36,779 nt of DNA from a virus (IMGVR_UViG_3300037310_000595:1-36779), one strand, 5' to 3'. Shown: positions 1 through 9,767, counted from the first letter of the stretch. Notes: a model not told the origin generated them from the letters alone. Numbers and translations are program-made.

Positions 1-633
1 TCAAAACATCACGATAAATCCGCCTTTAGATTTTATGCTAACCCCCATCATATACCATGCGCGTGATGCGGAAATTGACCACGACATTGTGACCGACGCC
101 GCCCCCGCCTCCGTAGATTGGCCGCCGCTCACTTCATTGCCAAAGCGATCAAATTTATATTTCTCGGTCTGACCCGCGCCAACTGCGGGCGATAGCGTTC
201 CGGGCGCGGCATCCGCAATCATGTAGTCGTAGACGACATCATTACTGGTGGACGGCACGTTTACTGATGGGGTTGTCGATGTCCCGCTTGCAGTAGTGTG
301 ACTGGCAATATTTATCACCCCATCTATAAACGACTGCGCGTGTATGGGGACTGTAGCTGACGAGCCGCCTGTCCAAGATACTGATACAGTGTTTGATCCT
401 TGCGATGGATTTGCAAGATAAAACCTATCCGCGTACTTTGTCGTGCCGATGTTCATACCGCCAAGATGCGTCATTGCCACGCCATTGTAGGTAACTGCCA
501 GGTTTGGCAGGTCTCCGACACAAATAAGGTCTACTATTAAAAGATTGCCGTCATTATTGTGAGACAGCGTGCGGGGTGACGCCCCAAAGTCAAAAAGTCC
601 GCCGTCAGTATCGTTCCCAACAGAAACGGGCAT
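1..633 (-). CDS. Putative tail/receptor-binding structural protein (210 aa)
   Basis: Ser/Thr/Gly-rich, beta-strand-like composition. ATG at 633 lies 4 nt after the upstream stop. Distal position in the tail module. Confidence 0.55.
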   Translation of the reverse strand: MPVSVGNDTDGGLFDFGASPRTLSHNNDGNLLIVDLICVGDLPNLAVTYNGVAMTHLGGMNIGTTKYADRFYLANPSQGSNTVSVSWTGGSSATVPIHAQSFIDGVINIASHTTASGTSTTPSVNVPSTSNDVVYDYMIADAAPGTLSPAVGAGQTEKYKFDRFGNEVSGGQSTEAGAASVTMSWSISASRAWYMMGVSIKSKGGFIVMF

Positions 634-637
634 ACTC

Positions 638-1528
638 TTACGCCTCCCTGACCACGGCCACACAACCCCATTTGGCCGCGACTGAATCGTAGATCAAGCC
701 AACTTCCATACGCTTGCTGATGACCGTGGTGGTTGGCAGCGTGTCGCCGCGAGACTCAAACGAAGCGCCCCAGGTGATCGCCCGGGCTGTGCCGTTGTCC
801 TTGATGCGGATAATCAGCTTTTGCCCGTTTCGTGGCGTGCCCGACAAATTGGTCGTCATGGATGTGATCGCAGTAGCCAGTGCCGTGATGCTGTGCATAT
901 CCACGTCGTCCGTATTGATCGTCGGGGTCGCGCTGCTTGTCTCGCTGGACCATTTCAGGTTGTCGAGTTTGCTGGAAATAATAGCAAGCCATCCCAGGGT
1001 AGCGCCTGTGTAAACGAAGTAGACACTATCCCCCGCGTACCGCATGGTGCATCTGCCTGTTGACGTAACTCCATTGACCAGGCTTGAATTTCGATTGATC
1101 GTCACTTTGTAGGTTGCATGTCCGTTAACCAAAGTCACTCTCAATTTATCACCCACATTTGGACTTGCCGGCAGGGTAATCTCGAAATCTGCGCCTGCTC
1201 CGCTTGCGTTTACCAAAACATGATCGCCATTTACAGCAGTATATGCGGCAGTCTTTACCGCCGTTTCCGTCAGGGTGTCAATAGTCACGGATTCCCACGC
1301 CATCTTAAGGCTTTCTGCAAGCCGCGCCCGCAAAAAGTACCCCTCGCCTGTTGGAGCCGCGATTACTGAGGGATTTGCCGACCCCAACGCGCCAAGCAAT
1401 TGCCCTGCGGCGGTGAAAATATCAGCCGTAATTCCACTTGGCGCTGAAAAATCCGCCGTCTCAATGATGAGCGTGGTATCTTCTTCAATCTGGTAATAAT
1501 TCGTGTCTACTTCTAGGATGTAATACAT
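638..1528 (-). CDS. Putative tail fibre protein (296 aa)
   Basis: KTAAYTA..GD..LVNAS...ITLPASP..GD motif typical of phage fibre modules, plus a C-terminal IRIKDNGTARAITW domain seen in phage tail proteins. Confidence 0.65.
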   Translation of the reverse strand: MYYILEVDTNYYQIEEDTTLIIETADFSAPSGITADIFTAAGQLLGALGSANPSVIAAPTGEGYFLRARLAESLKMAWESVTIDTLTETAVKTAAYTAVNGDHVLVNASGAGADFEITLPASPNVGDKLRVTLVNGHATYKVTINRNSSLVNGVTSTGRCTMRYAGDSVYFVYTGATLGWLAIISSKLDNLKWSSETSSATPTINTDDVDMHSITALATAITSMTTNLSGTPRNGQKLIIRIKDNGTARAITWGASFESRGDTLPTTTVISKRMEVGLIYDSVAAKWGCVAVVREA

Positions 1529-1537
1529 GGTTCCGCC

Positions 1538-1891
1538 TTACGGGATAAAGGTAATCTCCCCATAGATGGGGCATCGTTTATTCCCGCTGTCATCCGTGAG
1601 AATAAAGTCATAGCTGGCGCGTTGAAAGTCGTAAGTGTCAATCGTCGCCGCCGGAATATTCAAAACAAACTGACCCGACGCGGGGGTATGGGTGATGCCG
1701 TCGCCTACCGAATGCGTGTCATACGTCTCGCCATTTGGCCCGCTCTTGATCGTCAAGAGTGCGGTCCAATCGGTCGTGTCTTTTGCGGTGGTTAGATTTT
1801 CTTTCACCTTGAAAGTGTACGCAAAGTCCGCGCCTCGCTTGAAAACGAAGTCGCGCTTTATTGGCTGGTTGCTTCTTATAAGTACGGTCAT
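1538..1891 (-). CDS. Virion protein, BppU-N/LtfC-like fibre-attachment fold (117 aa)
   Basis: RGADF..TF...G.F.L.I...YD..L....G pattern; sits directly upstream of the fibre gene. Confidence 0.5.
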   Translation of the reverse strand: MTVLIRSNQPIKRDFVFKRGADFAYTFKVKENLTTAKDTTDWTALLTIKSGPNGETYDTHSVGDGITHTPASGQFVLNIPAATIDTYDFQRASYDFILTDDSGNKRCPIYGEITFIP

Positions 1892-1895
1892 TTTT

Positions 1896-2348
1896 TTACA
1901 CGTGCAATTCTCTTTTCAGAAAACTATACACGGCCTCCTTTGTAGGTGTCTGGTCGGTGAACCATTCGATAAGTCGGTATCCTTTTTTTCTCGCCACGTT
2001 TTGCATTTCGGCTTGATCTTCGTGTCGGCCGGTGTGCCAGTACCGCCCCTTCGGGTCCAGCATCGTATACATGCCCGGGGTGTAGATTAGGAAGTCGATC
2101 ACATTTCCGCCCCGTATCTCCCGCCCGCCATACACCGGCACTTGGTATTCCCAATTCCAGCCGGTTTGTTCCTGTATCCTGTCCAGCGCAAGGGATACCC
2201 AGTATTCGTCTTTTGAACCGGCTTTCTGCCCGCGTACAAAAAACGGGGGTTGCTCGGTTTCGTCCACCAGTTTTGGAACCCTGGCTGATGGTTGTTGCGG
2301 CCGCTTCCGTCGGTTCTCTGAAAACTTGAACAGCTTTTTCTTGGTCAT
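1896..2348 (-). CDS. PD-(D/E)XK-type nuclease-like protein, DUF559/Vsr-like (150 aa)
   Basis: EYQVP...IDF.......DPKGRYWH....D......GY.LI..W pattern resembles DUF559/Vsr endonucleases. Confidence 0.55.
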   Translation of the reverse strand: MTKKKLFKFSENRRKRPQQPSARVPKLVDETEQPPFFVRGQKAGSKDEYWVSLALDRIQEQTGWNWEYQVPVYGGREIRGGNVIDFLIYTPGMYTMLDPKGRYWHTGRHEDQAEMQNVARKKGYRLIEWFTDQTPTKEAVYSFLKRELHV

Positions 2349-2351
2349 CCA

Positions 2352-5012
2352 TTACGCCTCTTGGAAGGAAGCAACCATGACATAGGTTGCATTCACAAAC
2401 TCGCTTCCGTCTTTTCCCTGGAACGTGACCTGACGGGTGGAAGGGGTGTTCAGGAAGATCATCTTGTCATCGAAAAGCGGGCTGACCGAGTTCATCTTCA
2501 ACATGGAATCAGAGCTGGCATCCGCCCAATCTTCAATTTGTCTAACCTTGTTCATTCCGACAGGATCATCTTCTTGCTCATTAAGGGTCAATAAATCTTC
2601 ATTGTCCATTGCGCGGAACGAAACCGACCCATACAGATATTTAACATCGGTTCGTAAAACGGCATTGATTACAACGGCAAGAAAAACCGGGGTCTTGGTG
2701 TTGTCTGTGGTGTACCCCCGTATGCGGAACTGCATACGTTTCCCAGCAAGCCCGTACTGCGGGGTAAAATCCAAATCCTGCGTTGGGCTTGTATCGAAAA
2801 TTTCAGGCGCTTCCAACCATTCTGTATCTTCGTTCAACCTGTAATCCAACTCAAACCAGCAAACGGGTTCCCCGGTGGTGGTGTCGGTTTCAAGGTTCTC
2901 GGTTTGCAGCTTGATCTTCTTGACCAGCTTCATTACGTCAAACAATCCCGCGTGCATACGGGAAAGGATTATGGCAAATTCGTGGGTGTATGAATAATTC
3001 TCGTCCTCCAATTCGTTCGTTGTTTCGCTGGGAAATGGAAGATAAAGAAGGTCGTTGCCCTGGTAAATCCACAAGCGATCAGGAACGGTTCCGGGAATTA
3101 CCTGAAACGACGTGGCAAGTATTCTTTGTCCGAGCGGGGCGCGGTATCTTTCATGCCATCCGCCTGAATCGAGAATGGACGAGTACCCGCTATCTCCCGC
3201 GTCTATGGAGATAAAGAACTTTCCGGGATAACCAAGCATGGTGTTGATCGCTCCGCGTCGGTTATCTGGCAAGCCTTCATTCAGGTTGGGGCCGATGTCG
3301 TCAATACTGCCGCCGTAATATCGTTCAAGCCCATACCCCATCGGGAACAGCAGGTACACATTATTGACCAGCGGGGAGCGCCCGTTTTTGTCGCTGCGTA
3401 CAGTTTTCATTTCTTCGAGAGTCAGGGGGTAGGGATTGCCCGTGCCGGGCACGATGTACGGCAAGTCCTCCTTGAATACCCACAAGGCTTCTGTTCCGCC
3501 TTCGTCCGGGTAAACTCTGGTCCCGTTGATGCGGATGTACTTGCTGTCCACGTTTACAGCTGTGGCAAACGTATGCGATGCCGTCGCCCAATCCACGGGG
3601 TCGGCAAGCGCAATACTGGTGTTGTTGCTTCCGTCACGGTTATTCGCCTTTACGATTTTCTGCGCCTGCGGTTTGTAGTCCAGGAATACAGCCTTGTTTG
3701 TGCCATCGTCTGCATAAGTCCGCGTCCACACGCCGGCGCTGGTTTCCTCTTTCATGCGCCGAATGTTCGTGCTGTCGCCCTGCGCGAAAAGGATAATGCC
3801 ACGGGTTGTCACCTCCACGTCAGTAACCGGCGCGGTCAGTCCGTGCCCGGTGATCTCGGTGATTTTTTCGCCAAAGATAACGTACTCAGTCGTGGTGTCG
3901 TGGGTGATGGTCCACGGGTCGTCAAACACAAGCTGGGATGACGTGTTGGAGGCCACAACGCGCCACGGTTGCGGTTCATTCACGCCCAACCCGTCAATGA
4001 TCTTTACCACACTACCAGCCCATTCATTCGTTGTCCAACTCTTTGTAGCGTCGATCAACTTTGTGAGCTGCCCCGTGTTTGCGTCTGCTGTTCCGCGATC
4101 TCCGGCTATGTATAAATTAGGCGCTCCGCTTGCAGCAGAAACAACAAAATACTTCCCCTCCTTGTAGTCAAACGGGATGCAGGTCTTATTCGTAAACGCC
4201 GGAGCTAATCGGTAGTACAGGTCAAAACTTGCGGCGGATGGAGTGCTATCGAACGCCGCGCTGTAATAGGTGGTTCCGGGGCTATCCTCTATCGCAATTT
4301 TCCAGTGATTGTTACTGTCGTCTGTGGATGCGGCGTACACCACGAACCAGTACGCCGTTCCGATTGTGATTGCCTGACTGACCGTTTCACACAACCATTC
4401 CGATAAGGTGTCTGCCATGCGGTCGGATGCGTCAATCGTAATACTTGATAGAAGCGTGTTTACCGTTCCCGCGCTGTCGGAATAAAAGGCTACTGTCAAG
4501 TCGGATGGGGAGCCTTTCGTCCTTGCAAGAAGCCAAGCCAAACCAACCGTATAACTTGCGCTGGCTGTGAATTTTTTATATATGTACCGCTGGGTCTCTC
4601 TCAATTCATGCCACTTGACAGATCCCGGCATGCTCTGATCCTGCGAGTGCAGGCCGCTTACATATTGCTCTTGCGGCCCGGCAAATGCCTTGTTTGCCCT
4701 GCTGCTCCGGGTGCGGAAGCTGTCGTAAAACTTGGTGCTGTCGCGCTCGAAGTCCAGGTTTCCGCGCCCGCCTGATAGGTCATCCTGCACGATGGGGGAA
4801 TAGGGGTACTGGTAATCGTTGTAGGATGATGTGCCGCTGGTTTGTTTCTGCGCCGTGGTGTCCACGGGGTTCTTGATAAAAACATTCCGCAGGTCCGAAA
4901 GGGGGACGCCGTTGTCGTCGCATAGAATAAGGCCGATGGTTTTACCGTTTCGGTCTTGGAGTGAAATATGGTGAGTGGGTCGGTCTATGGTCGGAGATAC
5001 GCGGACGGGCAT
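2352..5012 (-). CDS. Large tail protein, nozzle/tail tubular B-like (886 aa)
   Basis: Size, beta-rich propeller-like composition and position directly after the adaptor-like gene (inference from synteny). Confidence 0.55.
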   Translation of the reverse strand: MPVRVSPTIDRPTHHISLQDRNGKTIGLILCDDNGVPLSDLRNVFIKNPVDTTAQKQTSGTSSYNDYQYPYSPIVQDDLSGGRGNLDFERDSTKFYDSFRTRSSRANKAFAGPQEQYVSGLHSQDQSMPGSVKWHELRETQRYIYKKFTASASYTVGLAWLLARTKGSPSDLTVAFYSDSAGTVNTLLSSITIDASDRMADTLSEWLCETVSQAITIGTAYWFVVYAASTDDSNNHWKIAIEDSPGTTYYSAAFDSTPSAASFDLYYRLAPAFTNKTCIPFDYKEGKYFVVSAASGAPNLYIAGDRGTADANTGQLTKLIDATKSWTTNEWAGSVVKIIDGLGVNEPQPWRVVASNTSSQLVFDDPWTITHDTTTEYVIFGEKITEITGHGLTAPVTDVEVTTRGIILFAQGDSTNIRRMKEETSAGVWTRTYADDGTNKAVFLDYKPQAQKIVKANNRDGSNNTSIALADPVDWATASHTFATAVNVDSKYIRINGTRVYPDEGGTEALWVFKEDLPYIVPGTGNPYPLTLEEMKTVRSDKNGRSPLVNNVYLLFPMGYGLERYYGGSIDDIGPNLNEGLPDNRRGAINTMLGYPGKFFISIDAGDSGYSSILDSGGWHERYRAPLGQRILATSFQVIPGTVPDRLWIYQGNDLLYLPFPSETTNELEDENYSYTHEFAIILSRMHAGLFDVMKLVKKIKLQTENLETDTTTGEPVCWFELDYRLNEDTEWLEAPEIFDTSPTQDLDFTPQYGLAGKRMQFRIRGYTTDNTKTPVFLAVVINAVLRTDVKYLYGSVSFRAMDNEDLLTLNEQEDDPVGMNKVRQIEDWADASSDSMLKMNSVSPLFDDKMIFLNTPSTRQVTFQGKDGSEFVNATYVMVASFQEA

Positions 5013-5013
5013 C

Positions 5014-5808
5014 TTATCCTCCCGCCGTATGGATGATTACATTCGGCCCGCCCCGTCTTGGCGAAAGTCTCTTTAGTTTTTCAAGTACGCGGTTCAGGCG
5101 TTCTTCAATGCGGTATTCTGCCTGGTTTCCATACTTCCCAACCGCCCACATCAGCAGGTTTTCAGCGGCCTTGTATTGCAGCCACATAGTATCTATGTCC
5201 GAATTGATCTCGGATGAGTAGGTGGTCAGGTCGGCGTGCTGGTCGCGGTATACCAGGTTGATCGTGTACCCGTCTATGGGGGCATACCCGTAATCGAATT
5301 TCAGTTTACGAGTCGAACCGACGTAAACTTCTTTCCAATGGGTAGAGATGGGCTTGCGAGTCGTGTCGTCCGGGTCGGTGAAGAAAACCTTTTTAATGTC
5401 CCACACGCCGGAGGGGATGGTAAATTCAAGGGTTTCCCCGTCGCCTTCAAGGGTTGTGTCAGTGGATTCAATATGGGTTTCCCATAACGCATCCATGATC
5501 GCGGCCTTGATCTGTTCATACGGGTAGACATTCTGTACCACACTGTAAAGCTCCCCGGCTACAATTGCAGTCCCGGGTGTAGCGAATGAAAGTTTATTTG
5601 AGATATGGCTGGTGACAGCAAGCACCTTGCCAACATGATTCCCTGATCGCATCCAAAGAATACCCTTGTCGTAGTATGCGTTGGGTTGAGTCAGGTTTAC
5701 AGTGTCGGTCAGGCTGGTGGTGGTTCCTGCCGTGGCTGCTCCGTTCGTCATCCTGTCGGATGCGACCAGTCGGGCTATGGCAAGGGAAATATCAAAAAGG
5801 GTTAACAT
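5014..5808 (-). CDS. Putative head-tail adaptor (264 aa)
   Basis: Position after the capsid genes; helix-beta-helix layout (IKAAIMDAL...FTIP...LQYKAA) like podovirus adaptors. Confidence 0.5.
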   Translation of the reverse strand: MLTLFDISLAIARLVASDRMTNGAATAGTTTSLTDTVNLTQPNAYYDKGILWMRSGNHVGKVLAVTSHISNKLSFATPGTAIVAGELYSVVQNVYPYEQIKAAIMDALWETHIESTDTTLEGDGETLEFTIPSGVWDIKKVFFTDPDDTTRKPISTHWKEVYVGSTRKLKFDYGYAPIDGYTINLVYRDQHADLTTYSSEINSDIDTMWLQYKAAENLLMWAVGKYGNQAEYRIEERLNRVLEKLKRLSPRRGGPNVIIHTAGG

Positions 5809-5816
5809 AATTACAT

Positions 5817-6356
5817 CTACCTGAAGGGGTACAAGGCGTCATCCAGAAGTGGGCTTTTTGCGGGGATGACGATCTTGATTTTGTTGGCTCGTAAAATTCC
5901 AAGCCAAAAAAAAACCGAATCGCGCCTGCGTTTTTCCTCAATCTTGTTCAAGTCAATTCCGTACAATTCGATCTGTGGGTATCCAAGATGCAGGGCAAGC
6001 GCAAACATATATGTACTGCTCTCTGCGAAGAAACTATCTATTGACCTACTTCCCTTTTGGCATATCTCACCATGAAATTGCATGATGTCATTGAGCGGGT
6101 ACTTCACGCAATTGGGGATATCCGGGTTGAGTTCGTGCATGAAGATAGGGAAGTCGTGTTTCTGCCGCAGCCATTCCTTGTAATCGTCCGCGTACCTGTT
6201 GGTGGTCAGGGCGTCGGGGTGCATTTCAAACAATGCGGTAATGCGTTTCTGCCAAAGGAAAGGGTGGTTGTTCATGGCCCACACGTCATAATCCATATTG
6301 TTGTGCGGCGCTTCGTCTCGGGTTATCCCGTTTCCAATGATGGCAAGAGGTCGCAT
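5817..6356 (-). CDS. Glycosyltransferase-like protein, GT29/MAF-like Rossmann fold (179 aa; alternative start 6428)
   Basis: AIIGNG, DVWAMN and SSTYMFALALHLGYPQIELYGIDL motifs resemble sialyltransferase/MAF_flag10-type folds. Confidence 0.5.
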   Translation of the reverse strand: MRPLAIIGNGITRDEAPHNNMDYDVWAMNNHPFLWQKRITALFEMHPDALTTNRYADDYKEWLRQKHDFPIFMHELNPDIPNCVKYPLNDIMQFHGEICQKGSRSIDSFFAESSTYMFALALHLGYPQIELYGIDLNKIEEKRRRDSVFFWLGILRANKIKIVIPAKSPLLDDALYPFR

Positions 6357-6363
6357 AAATGGA

Positions 6364-6395
6364 GTATCCCCGCCCCGTTCAGGGCGGGGATACTG
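6364..6395 (-). terminator. GC-rich hairpin downstream of the capsid and decoration genes
   Basis: agtatccccgccc-cgttca-gggcggggatact, a 13-bp perfect stem. The U-tract is weak, so it may be a stabilising hairpin. Confidence 0.55.
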
Positions 6396-6400
6396 AGAGA

Positions 6401-6760
6401 TTACGATTTGCGGGCGTTGCTGATCCAAACAACCACCGCGCCGAAGTTCACGGCTTCGGAGTTGTTGGCTGTGGTGTCCAGGATGACCGAGAGATCAGTC
6501 ACGTTCGGGTCGTCACACACAAGCGGGATGACGTAATGCCCGGCGGCGCTGATGGTCTTTGAAACGATCTGCATGAGGGTATTGTTGCTGCCATCTTCAA
6601 AGTCGGCAGTCACAAGTAGGGTGTCACTGGTTGAAACAGAAGGCACCAAAACATGCAGATAAGACACAACTTCAGTGGGCGTCCAGTCAACATCGGTCAG
6701 GGTGGAATCGCCCGTCAGGTTTCCCGCGCTGGCGGCGCGAAGTTCGAGATTGGTATCCAT
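6401..6760 (-). CDS. Putative capsid decoration/cement protein (119 aa)
   Basis: Small beta-rich ORF immediately after the major capsid gene, with a strong AAGGAG RBS. Confidence 0.5.
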   Translation of the reverse strand: MDTNLELRAASAGNLTGDSTLTDVDWTPTEVVSYLHVLVPSVSTSDTLLVTADFEDGSNNTLMQIVSKTISAAGHYVIPLVCDDPNVTDLSVILDTTANNSEAVNFGAVVVWISNARKS

Positions 6761-6775
6761 GTGTTACTCCTTTTT

Positions 6776-7741
6776 TTACGCGGCGGTCCAGCCGTAAGCG
6801 ACGGCCAGGGCGCGGGGGTGGGCGATATAGATACCGGGTGAAAAGCGAACGATGGTGCGAAGGTTTACGCCATCTTCGGTCTCGCCTTTATCTTCAGCGA
6901 ACGGCATTTCCTGGCAGAATCCGCCCAGGTGGTTCGGGCCGAAGCGCATACAGTACATGGACGAATCGGTTCCACCGGTAAGGGTCGCGCCGCTTTCATC
7001 GTCTTTCAGGATTTGGGTCGCCTGGTCAGACTGGTATCCCGCCTGAATGATCTTGGCTCCGCCGGTGCCGTAATAGGTGTAGAGCATTCCGGCTTCTTTG
7101 TCGGTGAAAAGCTGGTTCGCGCTTCGCAACGCGGAAATGAAGCGGAAATAAAGCGTGCGCCCCACTGCCAGAACCTTCTCAGCCGAAGTTCCATCAACGC
7201 GGTCGAGCAGGTCGTCCACTTTGTCGAACATCTTGTGCTGCCATGATGTCTCGGAGGTATCCGGCGAAACATCCAAATTGGCGTCGAACCGCTGGGCGGA
7301 CGCAAGATCGTTGTGGACGCGGTAATGCAAACCGACCGGCGCGTCAATGTCCACGCTGCCCTGATCGTTGTTGCGGAAGAAGGCGGTATTAAAATCGAAG
7401 GCTGCGCCTTTCAACATGGCTTCGCTTTGGGCGGCGCGGTTGTCCACCAGTGAATCAGCAAGGACGTACTCACGGGGAATGTCGATCTTTTTACCCATGA
7501 AGTACACGCGCTCCTGAACGGGCACGGGTTCGACCTTGCCCTGAACAAACGACTCGCCAACCTTGCGCCATGACGGGGAAGCCACGTCGCGGAATTGCAG
7601 GAAGGATTCGGTCAGTTTGTTGGTTTTCTTGAACTTCAAAAGTTCAAGGATCGGGCTTGCTTCGCGCCATGTTTTCACAACCGCTTTCGTGATTGGGGGC
7701 GCGGTCAGTTGGTAATCAAGTAGGGTGAATTCATCAGCCAT
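6776..7741 (-). CDS. Major capsid protein (321 aa)
   Basis: Follows the scaffold; AAGGAG RBS; SPILELL N-terminal motif and C-terminal GIYIAHPRALA pattern typical of HK97-fold capsids. Confidence 0.8.
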   Translation of the reverse strand: MADEFTLLDYQLTAPPITKAVVKTWREASPILELLKFKKTNKLTESFLQFRDVASPSWRKVGESFVQGKVEPVPVQERVYFMGKKIDIPREYVLADSLVDNRAAQSEAMLKGAAFDFNTAFFRNNDQGSVDIDAPVGLHYRVHNDLASAQRFDANLDVSPDTSETSWQHKMFDKVDDLLDRVDGTSAEKVLAVGRTLYFRFISALRSANQLFTDKEAGMLYTYYGTGGAKIIQAGYQSDQATQILKDDESGATLTGGTDSSMYCMRFGPNHLGGFCQEMPFAEDKGETEDGVNLRTIVRFSPGIYIAHPRALAVAYGWTAA

Positions 7742-7759
7742 TGTAGGCTCCTTGTTTTA

Positions 7760-8434
7760 TCATTTGCGATATGCCTGCCTCCATAGATCGGACGCGGGCG
7801 CATCGTTTGATCCAGTAGCTAGTCCTCCGCCTCCGCCCAAAGTGCGGGCCTCGGCTTGGGCTTGCTGGTTTTCGATACGTTGCTTTTTGGCGGCGGCGGC
7901 TTTTTCCACGGCTCGGGTAACTCGCGCCATTGCAGCAGGGGATGGGTCGTTGAAGTTTTCGGTGTAGACCTTGTTAAAATCCGAAAACTCAGGATCGTTC
8001 GGGGTTACTTCCATTCCTGCTTCTGTGGCTTTGAATAGTTCCGTGATAAAGCTGGCTTCAGATACCGGGTCTGCCATTGGTTGACCTTGCGATACAGGTT
8101 GTGCGCCGGCCTGCGCCTCTTGCGAAGGAGTCACATCGTTGGCGATGATCTTCAACTTCGCGTCCTGTACCTGCTGGTCGCTCAAACCCAATGTGCTTTT
8201 ATTGATTTCAAGCGCCTGGATTTGTTGCTGTGCCTTTTGGCTGATTCGATATTCTGCTTTATCGACAAGGCTTTGGGCGGTGCGGGTTGCAACCTCGGTC
8301 GCTATCGCTCGTACTGTCGCCTCGTCAATTGGCTTCTGTTCCTGTGACTGTGGCTCCTGCGGGGTCGCTGAAGCTGTCTGCGGCTGGGGGCTGGCCTGCC
8401 CTTGCGCCTCTTGTCCAGAAAGGTTGTCCGTCAT
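7760..8434 (-). CDS. Capsid scaffolding protein (224 aa)
   Basis: Q/A/E-rich, low-complexity and coiled-coil; directly upstream of the capsid gene; GGAGG RBS. Confidence 0.7.
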   Translation of the reverse strand: MTDNLSGQEAQGQASPQPQTASATPQEPQSQEQKPIDEATVRAIATEVATRTAQSLVDKAEYRISQKAQQQIQALEINKSTLGLSDQQVQDAKLKIIANDVTPSQEAQAGAQPVSQGQPMADPVSEASFITELFKATEAGMEVTPNDPEFSDFNKVYTENFNDPSPAAMARVTRAVEKAAAAKKQRIENQQAQAEARTLGGGGGLATGSNDAPASDLWRQAYRK

Positions 8435-8462
8435 TTTGTCGTGCCTCCGTTTCAAAAAGTTA

Positions 8463-8556
8463 AATAAAAAAAGCGGGACTCCCGTTTGTGGGAGTCCCGC
8501 GATTTCTCGTCTGTCGGACTGGTGGATATTTAGTTGTTCAAATTGCAGTATACCAC
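8463..8556 (-). promoter_or_regulatory. Promoter-leader-terminator element, copy 1 (upstream of scaffold/capsid)
   Basis: Minus strand: TGgTATACT extended -10 ... ATATCCA-ccagt-CCGACAGAC-GAGAAATC-GCGGGACTCCC/GGGAGTCCCGC-TTTTTTT. Confidence 0.75.
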
Positions 8557-8577
8557 AAAGTAGAACGGGCGTTCCAA

Positions 8578-8739
8578 TTATTCCGGCGATATGATTTCAT
8601 CATCCACCACCAGCACACAGGTTCGCGTCTCGTCGTCAAGTTGCGGCTGGTGTGCGCTGTACCTCTCGTCATGCGGGATGTTGAATACAAATTGCCTGCC
8701 GTATGCTTCAATGATTATTGTCTGGATCGGTTCACTCAT
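8578..8739 (-). CDS. Hypothetical protein (53 aa)
   Basis: ATG with AAGGAAAG upstream; ATGA overlap with the preceding small ORF. Confidence 0.6.
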   Translation of the reverse strand: MSEPIQTIIIEAYGRQFVFNIPHDERYSAHQPQLDDETRTCVLVVDDEIISPE

Positions 8740-8891
8740 GCTTCTTTCCTTATCCTCCGCCTTCGTCCTCGGCGGATGTAATATTGCGCCTGCTGATACC
8801 TGCGGGCGTCCTTTCTGCACTCGTCACAATATTTCCCGCGTGTGATTTGCTTCTTCCCGCACTTGCAGGGATGACTTATTTTTCCAGTCAT
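8736..8891 (-). CDS. Small basic Zn-finger-like protein (51 aa), not in the ORF track
   Basis: Manual translation: MTGKISHPCKCGKKQITRGKYCDECRKDARRYQQAQYYIRRGRRRRIRKEA. Abuts the upstream stop (TAAATG) and overlaps the next start (ATGA). Confidence 0.7.
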   Translation of the reverse strand: MTGKISHPCKCGKKQITRGKYCDECRKDARRYQQAQYYIRRGRRRRIRKEA

Positions 8892-9767
8892 TTAACGTAC
8901 ATCCTGTGTCAATTGAAAACGAACATGATTCCGCTCGTAGTAGAACCGCAGCCAGATTGCGCCTTTTGGCTTCGGGGGCATTCCCTTCTCCACAGCCCAA
9001 CCGCTCCCGCCGTCCTCGTAATCATCTTTATACGTGGCTGTACGGACGTGGTGTTGCAAGTCGCGTCCAACTGTTCCCGCCTTGTTTATTCTTTCCCTCG
9101 GCAGGGTGAGTATCCAGGATTCATGAATATGCCCATTGACAACGATATCGGCATCAGGCAGGAATACCGCCTGACGGTTTGACTGGATCACACCCTTTGT
9201 CACGGGTCCACCCCCGCCTGAGCCGTGGAAGTATTTCAAGTTGACTGTTTCTCTTTGCGTGCGTTGGATTGTAAACATAAACTGCACCCACCCCCCATAT
9301 TCCCCTGTGGCGATTTCCGTACCTGCTTTTATATTCATGCCATATACAAGGCGGTTGATCAGGTCGGTGTCATTGTGATTATAAATTGCAGTTTCGTGGT
9401 TTCCCTTCGCTATCAAGGCGTACAGTTTAGCATAAGGAGCAAGGAATTCGGTCGCGTCCTGCACAATGGCGTCCAGGTATCCGAGGTTGTTCTTCAACAT
9501 CATATCCAGATACCTTCCGTCCATTTCAGGGTATGACCTGCGCGGGTCGTACTTTCCCTGCATCGCATCGAAGGTATCCCCAAATTCCAGAACCCTTGCA
9601 TTTCTTTTCACAGCAAGGTCAAGGTGTTCCTTCATCAATACTTTGTCTGATTTCCTGCTGTCAAAATGTCTGTCACTGGCAAGCAGGAACCATTGTTCCC
9701 AGCCTTCCTTCACGTCATCCATCGCTATTCTCAGGACGTTACGCGAGTGCTTTATGATTTTCATCAT
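8892..9767 (-). CDS. Calcineurin-like metallophosphoesterase (~291 aa)
   Basis: All five motifs present: SDRH, GDTFD, GNHE, FHG, GHIH. Confidence 0.85.
   Translation of the reverse strand: MMKIIKHSRNVLRIAMDDVKEGWEQWFLLASDRHFDSRKSDKVLMKEHLDLAVKRNARVLEFGDTFDAMQGKYDPRRSYPEMDGRYLDMMLKNNLGYLDAIVQDATEFLAPYAKLYALIAKGNHETAIYNHNDTDLINRLVYGMNIKAGTEIATGEYGGWVQFMFTIQRTQRETVNLKYFHGSGGGGPVTKGVIQSNRQAVFLPDADIVVNGHIHESWILTLPRERINKAGTVGRDLQHHVRTATYKDDYEDGGSGWAVEKGMPPKPKGAIWLRFYYERNHVRFQLTQDVR

Noticed and set aside
1-1528. Diversity-generating retroelement targeting the fibre genes
   Set aside because: No reverse transcriptase and no TR/VR repeat pair seen in the window.
1889-1898. A-run as a programmed frameshift site
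   Set aside because: It is simply the TAA stop plus a short spacer before the next ATG, and there is no tail-chaperone context.
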